Notes: generated by a model from the letters alone, not told the origin. A DNA stretch of 60,571 bases, filler included, from Nemertoderma westbladi (GCA_032718475.1; 3 parts of 3 records of this genome joined end to end with filler, not necessarily neighbours in it), one strand, 5' to 3'; positions 1 through 11,759 are shown, numbered from the whole stretch's first letter. A program made the numbers and translations.

Positions 1-532
1 TTGAAAAATAAAAACTAAATAAATGATTATTAGATTGTAAAACTTCGGTTTATATGGTTGCTTTAATACAGCAGAGTGACTTACAGTGAGGAATATAGTA
101 GCTTCGTGTAACAGATGCAACGTGTACAGATAAATTTATTACATTAGCGTGAGTTAGAGAGTGAAATAGCAGTAACGTGTAACAGATGCAACGTAATCAA
201 TGCTAGCCCTGTCATTCTAACTTATATTCAACTTAGTTGATCGATCAGTTACAACGATAAAAGAAATTGATTATTATTAATAGTCGAATTAATGTATTCT
301 ACGCTATAGTAATTATGTTAAGGAACTAGAAGCTATTTATAAACATCTGCTACCGGTGATGAAGATGAAGAATTCAATGACTATGGTATAACTCAGATAT
401 TTATCGCCTTTTTCTCTCGAGGTTGGATGGGGGAGTGAGTGGAGGAATGTGGGGAGTTATAATGGTCCCGAGTTCGAACCCTGTTGAATATTTTGTTATC
501 TGAAAAATTGCAAAATTAAATTTAGTTACTGG

Positions 533-783
533 TGAAAAATAGTAGAAGTTACCTGTAGACACCTCTAGCGTCTGTAAGATAAAGGTTGGTGAATATGAAA
601 AATACTGGTTGCTGAAAAATTGCGATTTGAAAAATAGTAGAAGTTACCTGTAGACACCTCTAGCGTCTGTAAAATAAAGGTTGGTAAATATGAAAATACT
701 GGTTGCTGAAAAATTGCGATTTGAAAAATAGTAGAAGTTACCTGATGCTAAGTGTAGACACTCGAACACCTGTAAAATAAAGG
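533..783. repeat. Tandem repeat, ~95-bp unit, ~2.6 copies
   Basis: TGAAAAATAGTAGAAGTTACCTG recurs at 533, 628 and 722; the intervening sequence is near-identical. Confidence 0.85.
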
Positions 784-1305
784 CTTATGATTGGATGGAT
801 GAGTAGCGTTGGGTGACTAATAACGCCTCTAGCGGAAGATGCGGGAACTTGAGAAGTTGCCATGGTTACGGATTAAATGCTGACATCTGATTGGTTGAAA
901 TAATAACGACCACCGCTAAAGGTTGAAATAGTGGCTTCTGATTGGACAGAGTACCAGAAATGGACGGTAATGATGGGCTACGGGTGACCATTATCCAGTG
1001 TCATAGTATTGTATACTACTGTCAGAGTCAGATTCCGAAGCGATGAGCCATGAGTGAGGTCTAACTGTCGCCGAGCCGCCCAAACCCCTACTACTAGTAG
1101 GCCTACACGTAAAGCACCGCTTGTTTAAGCAAAATCAACTAAAAAGACAAACATCATTACTGGATTTATCCGAGAATTGATTATCATCCGTTTATGTCAC
1201 AAAGTAACGCAAAGTTGATGTTACTTTATTACATAAATTAGTAAAAAAAATTCCAAATATAATTCTTTAGATTTCCAAATTCGAGCTAGAAAAATATAAC
1301 GAGGG

Positions 1306-1770
1306 TTACAAATACGTATCTTCCCCAGAATCACTTAATACAAAAGGTAGTTGCTTCATATTGAACGTATCTTCTATGTATTTTGGGGGCAGTCTGTCGT
1401 CTAGAGTCGTTTGATTTTTATCGTTTGGAGGGAAGTTGTTTCTATCTGAGTCCTTCTGAATTGCATCAGTACATTCGTATGACGTAACCCCTGCATGTGA
1501 CGATTGATGTAGGCCGGAACCGATGTTACCGTTGGTATTACAATCAACAGCTGAATCTTTCAGTGCGGAAACTTGCTGGAATGACGAGGTATGCCACAGT
1601 CGGGCGGCTCTGTGACTCATTTGGGAGGGATCCACAGAGACAGATCGGGAGCGGGCTAGAGGGGAGGCCTTTGGGGTTGGATCGAAACCGGTTGAGTTAA
1701 GGTCAGTTACAGCGGCAGTTTTTCGTCGGAAAGCCTCTAGTGATTCGATATACTTTCGATATCGCAACAT
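1306..1770 (-). CDS. PSD: PSD/EFA6 ARF-GEF, terminal coding exon
   Basis: Acceptor tttctttcag precedes 1770. Joined in phase 0 to exon 2312-2193 it reads EYLQFS|MLRYRKY, matching the PSD C-terminal coiled-coil motif (YLEFEKxRYxxY). AATAAA on the minus strand at 1225-1230. Confidence 0.8.
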   Translation of the reverse strand: MLRYRKYIESLEAFRRKTAAVTDLNSTGFDPTPKASPLARSRSVSVDPSQMSHRAARLWHTSSFQQVSALKDSAVDCNTNGNIGSGLHQSSHAGVTSYECTDAIQKDSDRNNFPPNDKNQTTLDDRLPPKYIEDTFNMKQLPFVLSDSGEDTYL

Positions 1771-1792
1771 CTGAAAGAAAGTAAAGATCCCA

Positions 1793-1870
1793 GTGATATT
1801 TTATGTGGCAATGTATAACATGTGGTGATATTTTATGTGGCAATGTATAACATGTGGTGATATTTTATGT
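1793..1870. repeat. 32-bp tandem repeat, ~2.4 copies (intronic)
   Basis: GTGATATTTTATGTGGCAATGTATAACATGTG repeated. Confidence 0.85.
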
Positions 1871-2192
1871 TATTTCTGGGACATACTTTTCTTTAAACAA
1901 AGACACCTAATTTTATAATTAGGAAAATAATTAAATTAAATGATTCATAGAGTTTCACAAATAATTTTTGCGATTTTTAACGGGGTGATTTTTAGGATAT
2001 ATGGTGGGAAATGTAAAACGAAAAATACCATTAAATCCATCAATTCCCACTTTGTTAACCCCCCTCTTCTTCCCCTTAGAAAATGTTGAATTTTAAGATT
2101 ATGAACAACAACATAAAAAATATCCAAGTTTCCTTAAAAATTGTGCCAGTTTTATTGAATGTCTTACTATAATATTTATTAAGCAAACTTAC

Positions 2193-2312
2193 AGAGAATT
2201 GAAGGTACTCAATGTGTTTTAATAGTTGAGGGTTTGGAGCTTCTAAAACTAAATTGGTAATTTCTTCTTCCATATTTGCGGCATGAGCATGCCATTGCTT
2301 CATCTGCTCTTC
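2193..2312 (-). CDS. PSD: PSD/EFA6 exon (coiled-coil region)
   Basis: ttttcacttag|GAA GAG CAG ATG...TTC TCT|gtaagt; 120 bp, phase 0/0. EEQMKQWHAH...EYLQFS aligns with PSD EEQxxxH...YLEFE. Confidence 0.85.
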
Positions 2313-3399
2313 CTAAGTGAAAAAAATTTAACAATTTATAATCAGTTGCGGTCGGGCTAATCAATTAAGGACCGGGGACCGGTCGTCATTACAGTATTTG
2401 GGGGCTGACGATCCAGACTTCGTCTCAACTTTGCAGTGCTAGGGTAGTACAGTAATAGCGGGTTTAGTTAAGGGCCCTACGTGTGGTTTTGGGTGACCTT
2501 TGCTCTTTACACTAGTATACTACTGTAGCGCACTAGTTGACACTAGCTGACTGGCGCTGCTAGCGCTGTCGGTAACACTACCAGCTCTGTTGCTAATGCT
2601 ATTTTGTGTTGTGTTGCTGAAGAGTGCCTGATGCTTGAATGTAAATGTTTAGATAGTCGCTATCTTTCTTGATTGTTTTCTATTTCTTAGTTTATGCTTA
2701 TTAATTGCTGATTAGGTCAAAATAATACAGTATTTAGGCTGTTGCTAGTATAACTCAGTAACGTAATAAATTAGAAATACGTATTCTGGAATACTTAGTA
2801 ATTAGTACGCAAATTCGTATTTTAAGACACTGTAGTTAATTTAGCATTTCAGAATGAAATTAAGAACTTGTACGCTGCATAGCGGAGAATAGTTTGGGTA
2901 AATTACTTTAGAATACCGTATAATATTCAACGCGAGGCGGTTATTTATTTGAAAATAGCGGGCTGACCGTGGTAGCTAGTATACAGTAGTAATTTGCTGG
3001 TCTAAAACCAGCGAAAGGCCAAGTTTGACATTAGGACAAATAAACAGTCTATCCTATTATAGTATTAAAATATTGTCACATTCGACATATTTCCGCCCGA
3101 TAACTTCCAGTGTTTCTGTGATAAGTGGACGCTGAGTGCTAGACCACCCGCACTCATCTTAAGTAGCTTAGGGAGCCATTTCAGATTTATTGTTTGGTTA
3201 TTGCTGTGGCTTATAGATTCGATCAGTTAGCTCTCTGTTGAGAAAATAACAGAGAAAGGAGCGAGTGATTGTCAGAGCCGTATAGTTCGTAATAGTAAAA
3301 TATTCTTAGCAGACGGTTCTGAAGGTTCTGAAGGTTCTGCTTGTGTTCAAATTGAGAGATTGCGTCGGACCTTATCAGTAAGGAGTAATGTCCTCTGAT

Positions 3400-3860
3400 C
3401 GCTTAACATGCTGCAATGCAAAATGCAACAAATTTACAATTTACAAGTTATGCTATTTCATAACCCCAATGTAAGCGAGCTAAATTTCTCCTAATACATG
3501 AATAAAATTGGTAACAGTCGGCAAATTGGCGTGTTTCCGTATTAGTGTCAGTGAAGTGAGTGTGAGTGAATAATTCTACATTCCTAAAGAATGTGAAACA
3601 TTGATGCTCTATAAACAACCGTTGTAATTATTGTAAGTCATAACTCTGTCTGATATTTAAAGCGCAGCATCTGAAAGGAACTGTTGATATTACCCTGAAA
3701 GTAAACATAGTTTTTGGAGATTATATAGTAGAGATCAATCGAATAATACAAAGTAACCTACCCAACTCACATAGAATTCAGTCTCCCACACGCGGTGGGT
3801 CATACGCCGCCCTTGTTTAGTATTATTAGAGGTAGCAGAATACATCGCTGAGGCTGAGAA
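3400..3860 (+). repeat. Dispersed repeat, same family as the arms of the 51.3-52.8 kb palindrome
   Basis: Shares blocks such as AAGTCATAACTCTGT, AAAGGAACTGTT, TTCCTAAAGAATG and TCGAATAATACA with 51630-51805. Boundaries approximate. Confidence 0.65.
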
Positions 3861-4004
3861 TTTTTAATTGGATAAGACCTATTGATTTTTATGGTGAACT
3901 ATATGGTAAACATTGTTGAGTAAATAAATATATAAGCCAAGCATAATAACTATTACAATACATACAGAGTTTACATTATTTTATATAAATTAAAATTCGT
4001 TATA

Positions 4005-4410
4005 GGCTTGATTGAATAGGCTTTCCAGGATTTGGAAGTCACCGAGAATTAATCGGAAACTTAAGGTCCGATTATTTAGAGCAGCAGTAGTTCCAGTACT
4101 CCTCTACGGGAGTCCATGCTGGGCTCTAACTGCTGAGGACACCAAATCTCTGGATGGCACATTCACAAGAATGCTACGCCGGTTCATTGTGTCAAGTACA
4201 ATGCACACATCTCCAACCAGACACTATATAACATTGGAGGTGTCTCATTGGTTCCCCCAAGCTTGACACTAGAACAAAATCGCCTCCGCTTTGCAGGACA
4301 TTGCTTTTGCCGTGAGGACCAGCCAGTGCATAATCTTGTACTTTGGCAGCCTCATGGAGTGAATAAGCATGGTGGACAGCCCATGACTTTCTTGAGACGC
4401 ATCTTAAATC
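4005..4410 (+). mobile_element. RTE-like LINE 3' fragment (post-RT region, frameshifted)
   Basis: LKVRLFRAAVVPVLLYGSPCWALT...RLRFAGHC is typical of the RTE C-terminus. Near-identical reverse copy at 39343-39748. Confidence 0.8.
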
Positions 4411-4411
4411 C

Positions 4412-4563
4412 GGCACAGCATTCTTAAAAATGCAGCTGCAATGCAGCATGCCGATCCTAGTAGTAGTAGTAGTAGTAGTAAAATCAAACTTATGAATTAT
4501 TGTATATACTACTACTAGGATCGGCATGCTGCATTGCAGCTGCATTTTTAGGAATGCTGTGCC
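4412..4563. repeat. Near-perfect ~57-bp inverted repeat with (TAG)n/(TAC)n inner ends
   Basis: GGCACAGCATTCTTAAAAATGCAGCTGCAATGCAGCATGCCGATCCTAGTAGTAG, with its reverse complement ending at 4563. Confidence 0.9.
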
Positions 4564-4660
4564 AGAAAGTGTCATTCTGAGATAATCACACTTTTGCGTT
4601 TTTTTTACCTACACATTACAGTTGATGTTGGCATTCTGTATTTTTGCATGCAAGTACATA

Positions 4661-7600
4661 CACCATGTCCCAGAATATAGTGTCGTAATTCAGTGACACG
4701 CCCCCCCCCCCCCTAATTTTTTTACAAATCTTAATGAGATTGCATGAAATTTGAAACAGAGATAGTTTCACCTCCCGACCACTGACTGGGTGAGCCAGAA
4801 TTTTTATTTTTGCTTTCATTCTTTAGCTACAAGCGTTTAAAAAAAAGTGTCTCCAGCGATATTACACCAGTTACACCGCAGTTATTCTTCAACCTTATAG
4901 TGATTTATTGGTATTGATAGAAAGCTGACCGCGCAAGGATTCCAAATATGTAAAAATATTTGAATTTCGTTAAAAAATAGCGGAGATGGGCGTTCAAATT
5001 TTGCATGGTTGGTTATGCACCTGCGCGAGGCTATTTTATTCTATTTAATAAATGCATCATAATCTGGAACATTTTGTTTATCCAAATACGTAGCTGGGCA
5101 ACAATGCATTACATCTTTAATCATACTATTATGTAGCTATTCATACATTTAGAAAATGTTCCAGAATATAATTAAATTAATCACCCATTAAAATTGTATC
5201 TAATTTTATTTATTGATTTACATTAAAGCAAAACTAAATTACAAGAAACCGGTTAACTACATAATATTGTACAAAGTTCGTATATAGAGGAGCTAAAATT
5301 CGTAAAACATCAAATTCTCTCTCAGAGTAAGAAATACTAGAAATACGAACAGACGGTCAATCATCCATCTAATGTTATAAAAGTAATCTCAAGTCTCCAA
5401 GGTTACAGTTTTGTACTATCGAGTGTGCTATGCCTCGTCATTTCCGAATTGTAATTGACAGTTCTTTGATTGACAAAAGCCAAGCGCTGTTGGTTACCCC
5501 GGCAACAAACGCGACGAAAGTCCCGACGAAATTGTTGTGACATTTCACTGCTGAGTTGAGATAAATTAACACCTATGAGAATTCCTGGATTCAGAGTAGG
5601 AATACCTCATCAAAGCCCGCCTGGTGGGGGGTGGTACCTAGGACAGATGTCGCATTCCCTCTGACCACTGCAATTGAGAGCCGCTGGAAAAGGAATTCTG
5701 TGGACCTAGGTTCACCTGTTTCCTTGGCGATTATCCGCCCTATCTCCCGCAGTACTGCGGTGCCTTCTGCACCGATTGGGCCTAAGGTCTCTAAGGCAAT
5801 AGTGCGGAATAAGTGGTGGTGATGGAGCGCAGCATACTTATTTCCTTTACTGGTCTCTGCCATTAAAGCGGCTGCACCTGCAGATTTACTTGTCTCGGGT
5901 AGATAGGAAGGAGCGAGGGTGTCCCTGCAAGTAAAGTCCCAAACGAGTGGGCGGCCTGAGGACCAGGGGGCAAAGGTCAAACCGTCTGGTTTCTTGCCGT
6001 CTTGTGAAAGTCCTCGAGGCTCCAAGGTGGAGGCAATGCCGGCTGATGAGAGTGCACGGTGAATGATGTCATTGGCCTCTGCATGACGGGTGTATTTCCC
6101 ATAATTGTGTAAGCAGCTGAGGCCATGACTTCCACTCGTGTCGACTTCCAACCCGCAACCCCTGCAGGAATGCTCCTCGCAGATAGGTGTACCCAAGCGG
6201 AGAGCTGCTCCCACCCGCAGCTGCTCATCACTGAGGCGAAGGCCTAGGGATGATACCGGCAGTGCCCTTAGCCAGTCCCCGGCGTGGTCTGCGGCGGCAG
6301 CTAGGAGACGAGCCTTCTCTTTTGCTGATGAGGCTATGGTGATCAGTACATCCTGTCGTGATGAGCACAGCGGGGCATCCCATCCTTTCTGAATGGCTTG
6401 ATTGATTGGTTCAGGAAAATCGGTAGGTAGTAGTTGCTTCGCAGCTATTAGGAGTGGGTTGGGGATGCTGGAAATGGAACAGGGTAGTAGGGTGTTAAGC
6501 AGTGGGATGCATCCATGGCTGGAAGCCAGGAAAGCTGGTAAAGCTACGTCGGATGTGCTTCTAACCCCCAGTCCGCCCAAAGATATTGGAAGGGAAGCCT
6601 GGGCCCAAGCATCGCCCCCAATCCTAGTGTTGAGCACAATTTGGCAGCACTGCCGAATCTTATCATCTAGAGACTTCAATCGAGGCGATCCAAAGGCGGG
6701 TGAACACCGCAGCACATACATCAACTTCGGAATGGCAAAGCAATGTCTGAGTAGGTATAGGGCGTCATGCGCCGATAGAAGGTGGAGGCGGTCGGCGAAC
6801 CTAGAGAGGTCTGATTCCTTCTCTTCAAGGATCTTCTCCATGGCTGAATCTCCTAGGGGTGATCCAAGCAACAGCGCATCAGAAAAATCGATTGGTTTAA
6901 TGCTTGGTGTGATGGCATCAAACAGAGCTGTTGTCTCTTCTTTCAGTTCTAAGGGAAAGTGCTTGCCAAAGATTAACTCACACTTGGATGCCTTGACCAT
7001 AAGCCCTAACTTTGCTGCCTCGGCTATGACCCTCTTCAGGTCAGAAGCAACAACAGATGGTGTTCCACCCAAGGAACCGTCATCCAGGAACCACACGTTG
7101 AGAGGAGATTCCATGCTATCGACAAGTTCAATTGTGTCGTTGCTGAAGAATAGAGAGGCTAGTGGGTCTCCCTGTTGCATACCATCGTCAGAGGCAATTG
7201 TTGTCCCATTGTAGAATAGGAGAGAGGGTTGCGAATATGACTGATATGCCAGGTTGTATAGTGGTGGGAGGTTCTTTAGCACTGCCCTCAAGGCTGGTCC
7301 ACGGTGAATACTGTTGAAGGCATTTGAGAAATCAATTTTGATCATGACTGTCTCTCTCTCTATTGACTCACTGAGGAAACGCCTGGCTGCATGTACTGCT
7401 GCTTCTGCACCCCGGGGGGTCCCGAACCCTAGCTGATGGGGTCCTAGCTTTAAACCGGAATGCTTTGCCGCTGAATGGCAGCCTGTTTTGGCGGTAAGTC
7501 GACTCAGAGTGCACCCCACGGCTATGGGGCGAACTCCACCTGCTGGTTTAGTGAAAGCACAAAGCCTGGCGCCAAAGAGGTAAGGGAGAACTTCCTGGGG

Positions 7601-9463
7601 CACTCCTCCCTTTAGCATGATATTAGCTACCGATGTCATAGCCTTGAGGGAAGTCAGGGCAGCATCCCCCGCTGATGATGAGATGATGTCCTTGAGGAAC
7701 TGAGGACGGCAGTTGTCGGGACCTGGTGCCGAGCCATTGGGGAATAGCTTGATTGATTTTAGAACCTCTGGGTAAGATAGCTCGAGGGTCGGGACATCTG
7801 CTTCCTCTAATGACGGTACTCCGTGGAAGTCATCTGATGGGCGTGTAGGATGAAGGAGTCGGAGGGCTTCAAGGGTCTCTGAGGTGGCTGGGGCTATAGT
7901 GGCTGATGAGGATGCTAGTCGTGCAGCTGCTTTCACATTTCCTTCGTCTATCTTAGATGCTATCAATTTCCCTAGCATGTCATCCGAGGATTGTTGAGTC
8001 TTGGGCTTCAGATGGGATGGAAGGCTAGTCGTAGGCAGTACTAGTAATTCTTTGGTGTTCTTGACCACCTCTTCAAATTCCAACAGTTGGTCCTTTACCT
8101 TGGCTGTGAGTGATTTGCAGGCTGGACCGATAGCCCTCCGGCCACGTCTGGACCTTGATCCCTGGGAGGGTACTCTGAGAGAGAATGGAAAGGCCAGCAG
8201 GTTTAACCAGTTTGACTGACTGTTGTTGAGGACGATGGCATCACAGAGACTACTGTAAAGTGTGGCTGCTTTTAGTCTTGCACCCCTGGGGATACGAGTC
8301 AGGGTTCTGATCCTAGTGAGGGTTTCGAATGCACTGCTAAGTGAATCTGATATGGCGCTCTGGCTGGCTACCACAGGAGCAGGGGATGGAGTGTCATTGG
8401 TAAACGGTTGGGACAGTAGTCCGGGTGACCCTTGAGACATGGCTGGCTGATTAGAGTGTAAGTCGGGTGGAATTGCAGCTTCAGCAGGAGCGGAGGAACC
8501 GGTGGCTGGAAATGTAATGATGGAACCTGACCCAGGACAAGAGGTGCCTTCAGTGGATCTGTGTTTGCGCAGCCCTCCCTTGGGGTTGACACAGCAGAAT
8601 TTAGAGCAGGTGGTGCATGGGAACTTGAGGGACAGTCCTCCACTGGTAACGGTGGGAGGTTGTCCCGGCTCTAGCGGTGCAATTGATGGAGTATGGGTAA
8701 ATAGGGGTGGATGAGAGTTCGGGACCAGAGTGGGGTCTCCAATTTGATTGTTATCCAGGGAGGATTCGGCTGATTGGATTGGAGGTTGTTTCGGCTCTAG
8801 CGGTGAGATTGATTGTGTATGGTTAAGCACGGGTGGGTGAGAATTCGGAAACGGGGTGGGATCTCCAATTGGAGGTGGTGTAGGTGTCGGTGCCTTCTGT
8901 TGATTGGCTGACCAAACTAGAGGGGCATTTCTGGAAATATCAGAATACAGATCACTACGATGCTTGGAAATGGTAATATCATTGATATCCTCAAAATCCG
9001 ATCGTGAGTAACCTTCAATACACCACTTTGCATACCGAATACCGAAATACTTTGCATACCGTCCCGAATATGGTTTATTTATTAAATATAATAAAATAGC
9101 CTCGCGCCGGTGCAAAACCATGCAACATTTGAACGCCCATATCTCAGCTATTTTTCAACGAAATTCCAATTGTGTTACATATTTGGAATCCTTGCATGGC
9201 CAGCTTTCCATTGGTACCAACAAACAGCTATAAGGTAGAAGAACAAATGCGGTGTAACTGGTGTAATGTCGCTGGAGACACTTTTTTTAAACGCTTGTAG
9301 CTAAAGATTGAAAGCAAAAATAAAAATTCTGGCTCACCCAGTCAGTGGTCGGGAGGTGAAACTATCTCTGTTTCAAATTTCATGCAATCTCATTACGATT
9401 TGTAAAAAAAATTAGGGGGGGGGCTTGTCAGTGAATTACGACACTATATTCTGGGACATGGTG
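4661..9463. mobile_element. Tc1/mariner-like non-autonomous element with ~390-bp TIRs and TA TSD
   Basis: TA|CACCATGTCCCAGAATATAGTGTCGTAATTCA... at 4661 and ...CTATATTCTGGGACATGGTG|TA at 9463. Arms ~4661-5052 and ~9077-9463. No transposase seen. Confidence 0.8.
5591..9121 (-). CDS. CRE-clade non-LTR retrotransposon ORF (Zn finger + reverse transcriptase + restriction-like endonuclease)
   Basis: Uninterrupted 1176 aa. N-terminal CxxC..H..C finger (CTTC...KH...CPGSG). RT motifs APGPD, RPIAVG, IDFSNAFN, QQGDPLA, FLDDG, LGGLG. C-terminal CxxC-H-C knuckle, RH, PDG..D..E..K..KY RLE signature. Confidence 0.92.
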   Translation of the reverse strand: MVLHRREAILLYLINKPYSGRYAKYFGIRYAKWCIEGYSRSDFEDINDITISKHRSDLYSDISRNAPLVWSANQQKAPTPTPPPIGDPTPFPNSHPPVLNHTQSISPLEPKQPPIQSAESSLDNNQIGDPTLVPNSHPPLFTHTPSIAPLEPGQPPTVTSGGLSLKFPCTTCSKFCCVNPKGGLRKHRSTEGTSCPGSGSIITFPATGSSAPAEAAIPPDLHSNQPAMSQGSPGLLSQPFTNDTPSPAPVVASQSAISDSLSSAFETLTRIRTLTRIPRGARLKAATLYSSLCDAIVLNNSQSNWLNLLAFPFSLRVPSQGSRSRRGRRAIGPACKSLTAKVKDQLLEFEEVVKNTKELLVLPTTSLPSHLKPKTQQSSDDMLGKLIASKIDEGNVKAAARLASSSATIAPATSETLEALRLLHPTRPSDDFHGVPSLEEADVPTLELSYPEVLKSIKLFPNGSAPGPDNCRPQFLKDIISSSAGDAALTSLKAMTSVANIMLKGGVPQEVLPYLFGARLCAFTKPAGGVRPIAVGCTLSRLTAKTGCHSAAKHSGLKLGPHQLGFGTPRGAEAAVHAARRFLSESIERETVMIKIDFSNAFNSIHRGPALRAVLKNLPPLYNLAYQSYSQPSLLFYNGTTIASDDGMQQGDPLASLFFSNDTIELVDSMESPLNVWFLDDGSLGGTPSVVASDLKRVIAEAAKLGLMVKASKCELIFGKHFPLELKEETTALFDAITPSIKPIDFSDALLLGSPLGDSAMEKILEEKESDLSRFADRLHLLSAHDALYLLRHCFAIPKLMYVLRCSPAFGSPRLKSLDDKIRQCCQIVLNTRIGGDAWAQASLPISLGGLGVRSTSDVALPAFLASSHGCIPLLNTLLPCSISSIPNPLLIAAKQLLPTDFPEPINQAIQKGWDAPLCSSRQDVLITIASSAKEKARLLAAAADHAGDWLRALPVSSLGLRLSDEQLRVGAALRLGTPICEEHSCRGCGLEVDTSGSHGLSCLHNYGKYTRHAEANDIIHRALSSAGIASTLEPRGLSQDGKKPDGLTFAPWSSGRPLVWDFTCRDTLAPSYLPETSKSAGAAALMAETSKGNKYAALHHHHLFRTIALETLGPIGAEGTAVLREIGRIIAKETGEPRSTEFLFQRLSIAVVRGNATSVLGTTPHQAGFDEVFLL

Positions 9464-9712
9464 TAGATGTACTTCAAAATCTTTACATAAAAAAAATGTT
9501 TCAAAAAACTTCAAAATTGTTTCGCATATATCAGGCAGTATTGTACATAAGACCTTTTTTGTTTATGTCTATGCGATTTTTACTGCACATACTGTAGGAC
9601 TATTTTACTCTAGGATATCAGGCAGCATTGTTCATATGATCTCAGAACCTTATTGGTAAATTAAGTTAGGTCTCAAAGGACCTCTGTATCGGACATTAAT
9701 TCCTCCTATTTT

Positions 9713-10390
9713 ACGCAAGTCAATATATTTACGTACTAAATAAATATATCGACCTACTAAATAAATATATTGACGTACGAAATAAATATATTTCCGTACT
9801 GTATCAATATATTTACGTACTAAATCAATATATTGACGTACTAAATAAATATATTGGCCCATGTGAAGAATACCAGACTTTCTGCCGTTATATTTCACTT
9901 TGCAGTTACCCCCATGGCAAGAATACCAGACTTTCTGCCGTTATATTTCACTTTACAGTTACCCCCATGTGAAGAATACCAGGTTTTCACTAAAACCACA
10001 GGTTACAGAAGGGCTGAATCTAACCAAAACAATAAACGAATTAGTATATGTACAGGTTATAAGACAGAAATAAGCGCTATAAAACACTTAATAAAGATAA
10101 ATTTAAAAAATTAAAAAATCTTCATATATAATATTCCAATAAAATGTCGACCGAAAAGTGAAATCCTGGTATTCTTCACATGGACGAATATATTGACGTA
10201 CGAAATAAATATATTTACGTACTAAATAAATATATTGACGCACTAAAGGAATATATTTACGTGCTAAATAAATTTATTTACGTACTAAATAAATATATTG
10301 ACGTACTAAATCAATATATTGCCGTGCTAAATAAATATATTTACGTACTAAATAAATATATTTACGTACTAAATATATATATTTACGTGT
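9713..10390. repeat. 21-bp tandem array interrupted by a ~325-bp TIR element (9859-10183)
   Basis: Unit ACGTACTAAATAAATATATT(T/G) on both sides. The insert is bounded by CCATGTGAAGAATACCA / TGGTATTCTTCACATGG. A related fragment lies at ~17320-17475. Confidence 0.8.
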
Positions 10391-11759
10391 GTTAAAAACT
10401 TATAATTCAGAAGTGGCAGAAGTTCATTTAAAGAAAACAACATCTTGGACAGCGAGAGAAATAATAGAACGAGGGCCATAAAAGCTTTAAAGTGCTAATT
10501 ATGAACAATGGCGAATCCAATTTTATTTATTTGTGGGGAATTATTTGTAGTTATGCAGTCAAACTTTCTAGAACAACCTAATAATGACGCGGTGACATAC
10601 TGAATATACATAGTAAAATCTATGGCGTAGGGACCTACTGAGAAATAATGTCGCACTGTGTTATAAAGCTGGAAAATATGTCGCCCTGGCGATTTGGGTA
10701 TTACTATGTTATGGGTACCCACTTTTTAAACAAATTTTTTCATATGAAAATGGCTTTAATCATGAGGTTTTTTGTTCTAGAACAAATATTTGACCTTCTG
10801 ACAGTAAGATGGTAGCTAGTAATTTTGATTTTGTGTTATAGCTAGTACTATTTATTAGCTAGTAAATGTAAGATATACCGGTAATTTAATTCTCAATTAT
10901 ATATTTGCATGGAATAATTTATGAGTCATGGGTAGCTAGTAATTTTTATTTGATAGTCAAAGTAGCTAGTAATTATTCACTAGCTAGTATTTTATACAAA
11001 ATATAGGCAGATGTCAAAATAGAGTTTTTACATATTTTACTTATGTAGGCCTATTTTACTTATTACTAGATTTATTTATCTATTTATTAGTCATTTCGAG
11101 AATATTGATGATATGGAAATTGTCTAAATAAAAGGGGCACTGCAAAATTTGTTTTGTAATTTTAAGTTCACTAGCTACCTTTAAAAACACTACCGGTAGC
11201 TAACATAATAACAGAATAAAAAATAATAGCTTTAACCTCTCTCAGAAGGTGAAAAAATGTATGTTCTAGAACAAAAAACCATCTTGATAATATCCATTAA
11301 CATGGTCCAAAATATTATTTTGTAATTTTAAGATCACTAGCTACCTTTAAAAACACTAGCTACCTTGAAAAAAATAATAGGTAACCTCTCTCAGAAGGTG
11401 AAATTTAAAATTAGGTACCAAAAATTTGGTTTTGTAATTTTAAAAACAGTAGCTACCTAAAAGAAATCACTAGCTACCATAAAAAAAAACAATAGCTAAA
11501 TTCTAACAGAAGATGACAATAATGTTCTAAAACTAAAAACCTCAAGATAATAGCCATTAACATTGTCAAATAAATGGTCAAAAAGTGGGTACCCATAACA
11601 TAGTAGTGCCGCGATAAATTAATTCCATACAAATAAATAACGTATTTTTTTGTCCTTATGCAAACCACATTTCCTTGAAATAGTAAACGCATTTCTACGT
11701 TGGCCAAGGAAATAAATATGCTTTTGTTACATTATGTCAACTTAAGAGTTCTGGTGAAT

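Noticed and set aside
430-490. tRNA/SINE from B-box GAGTTCGAACC
   Set aside because: No convincing A-box, cloverleaf, tail or TSD.
6402-7214. 270-aa plus-strand ORF and other short antisense ORFs over long CDSs
   Set aside because: Shadow frames opposite the CRE, L2 and coiled-coil ORFs; no recognisable motifs.
9650-10395. Tyr/Ile-rich heptad ORFs
   Set aside because: Translation of the 21-bp satellite.
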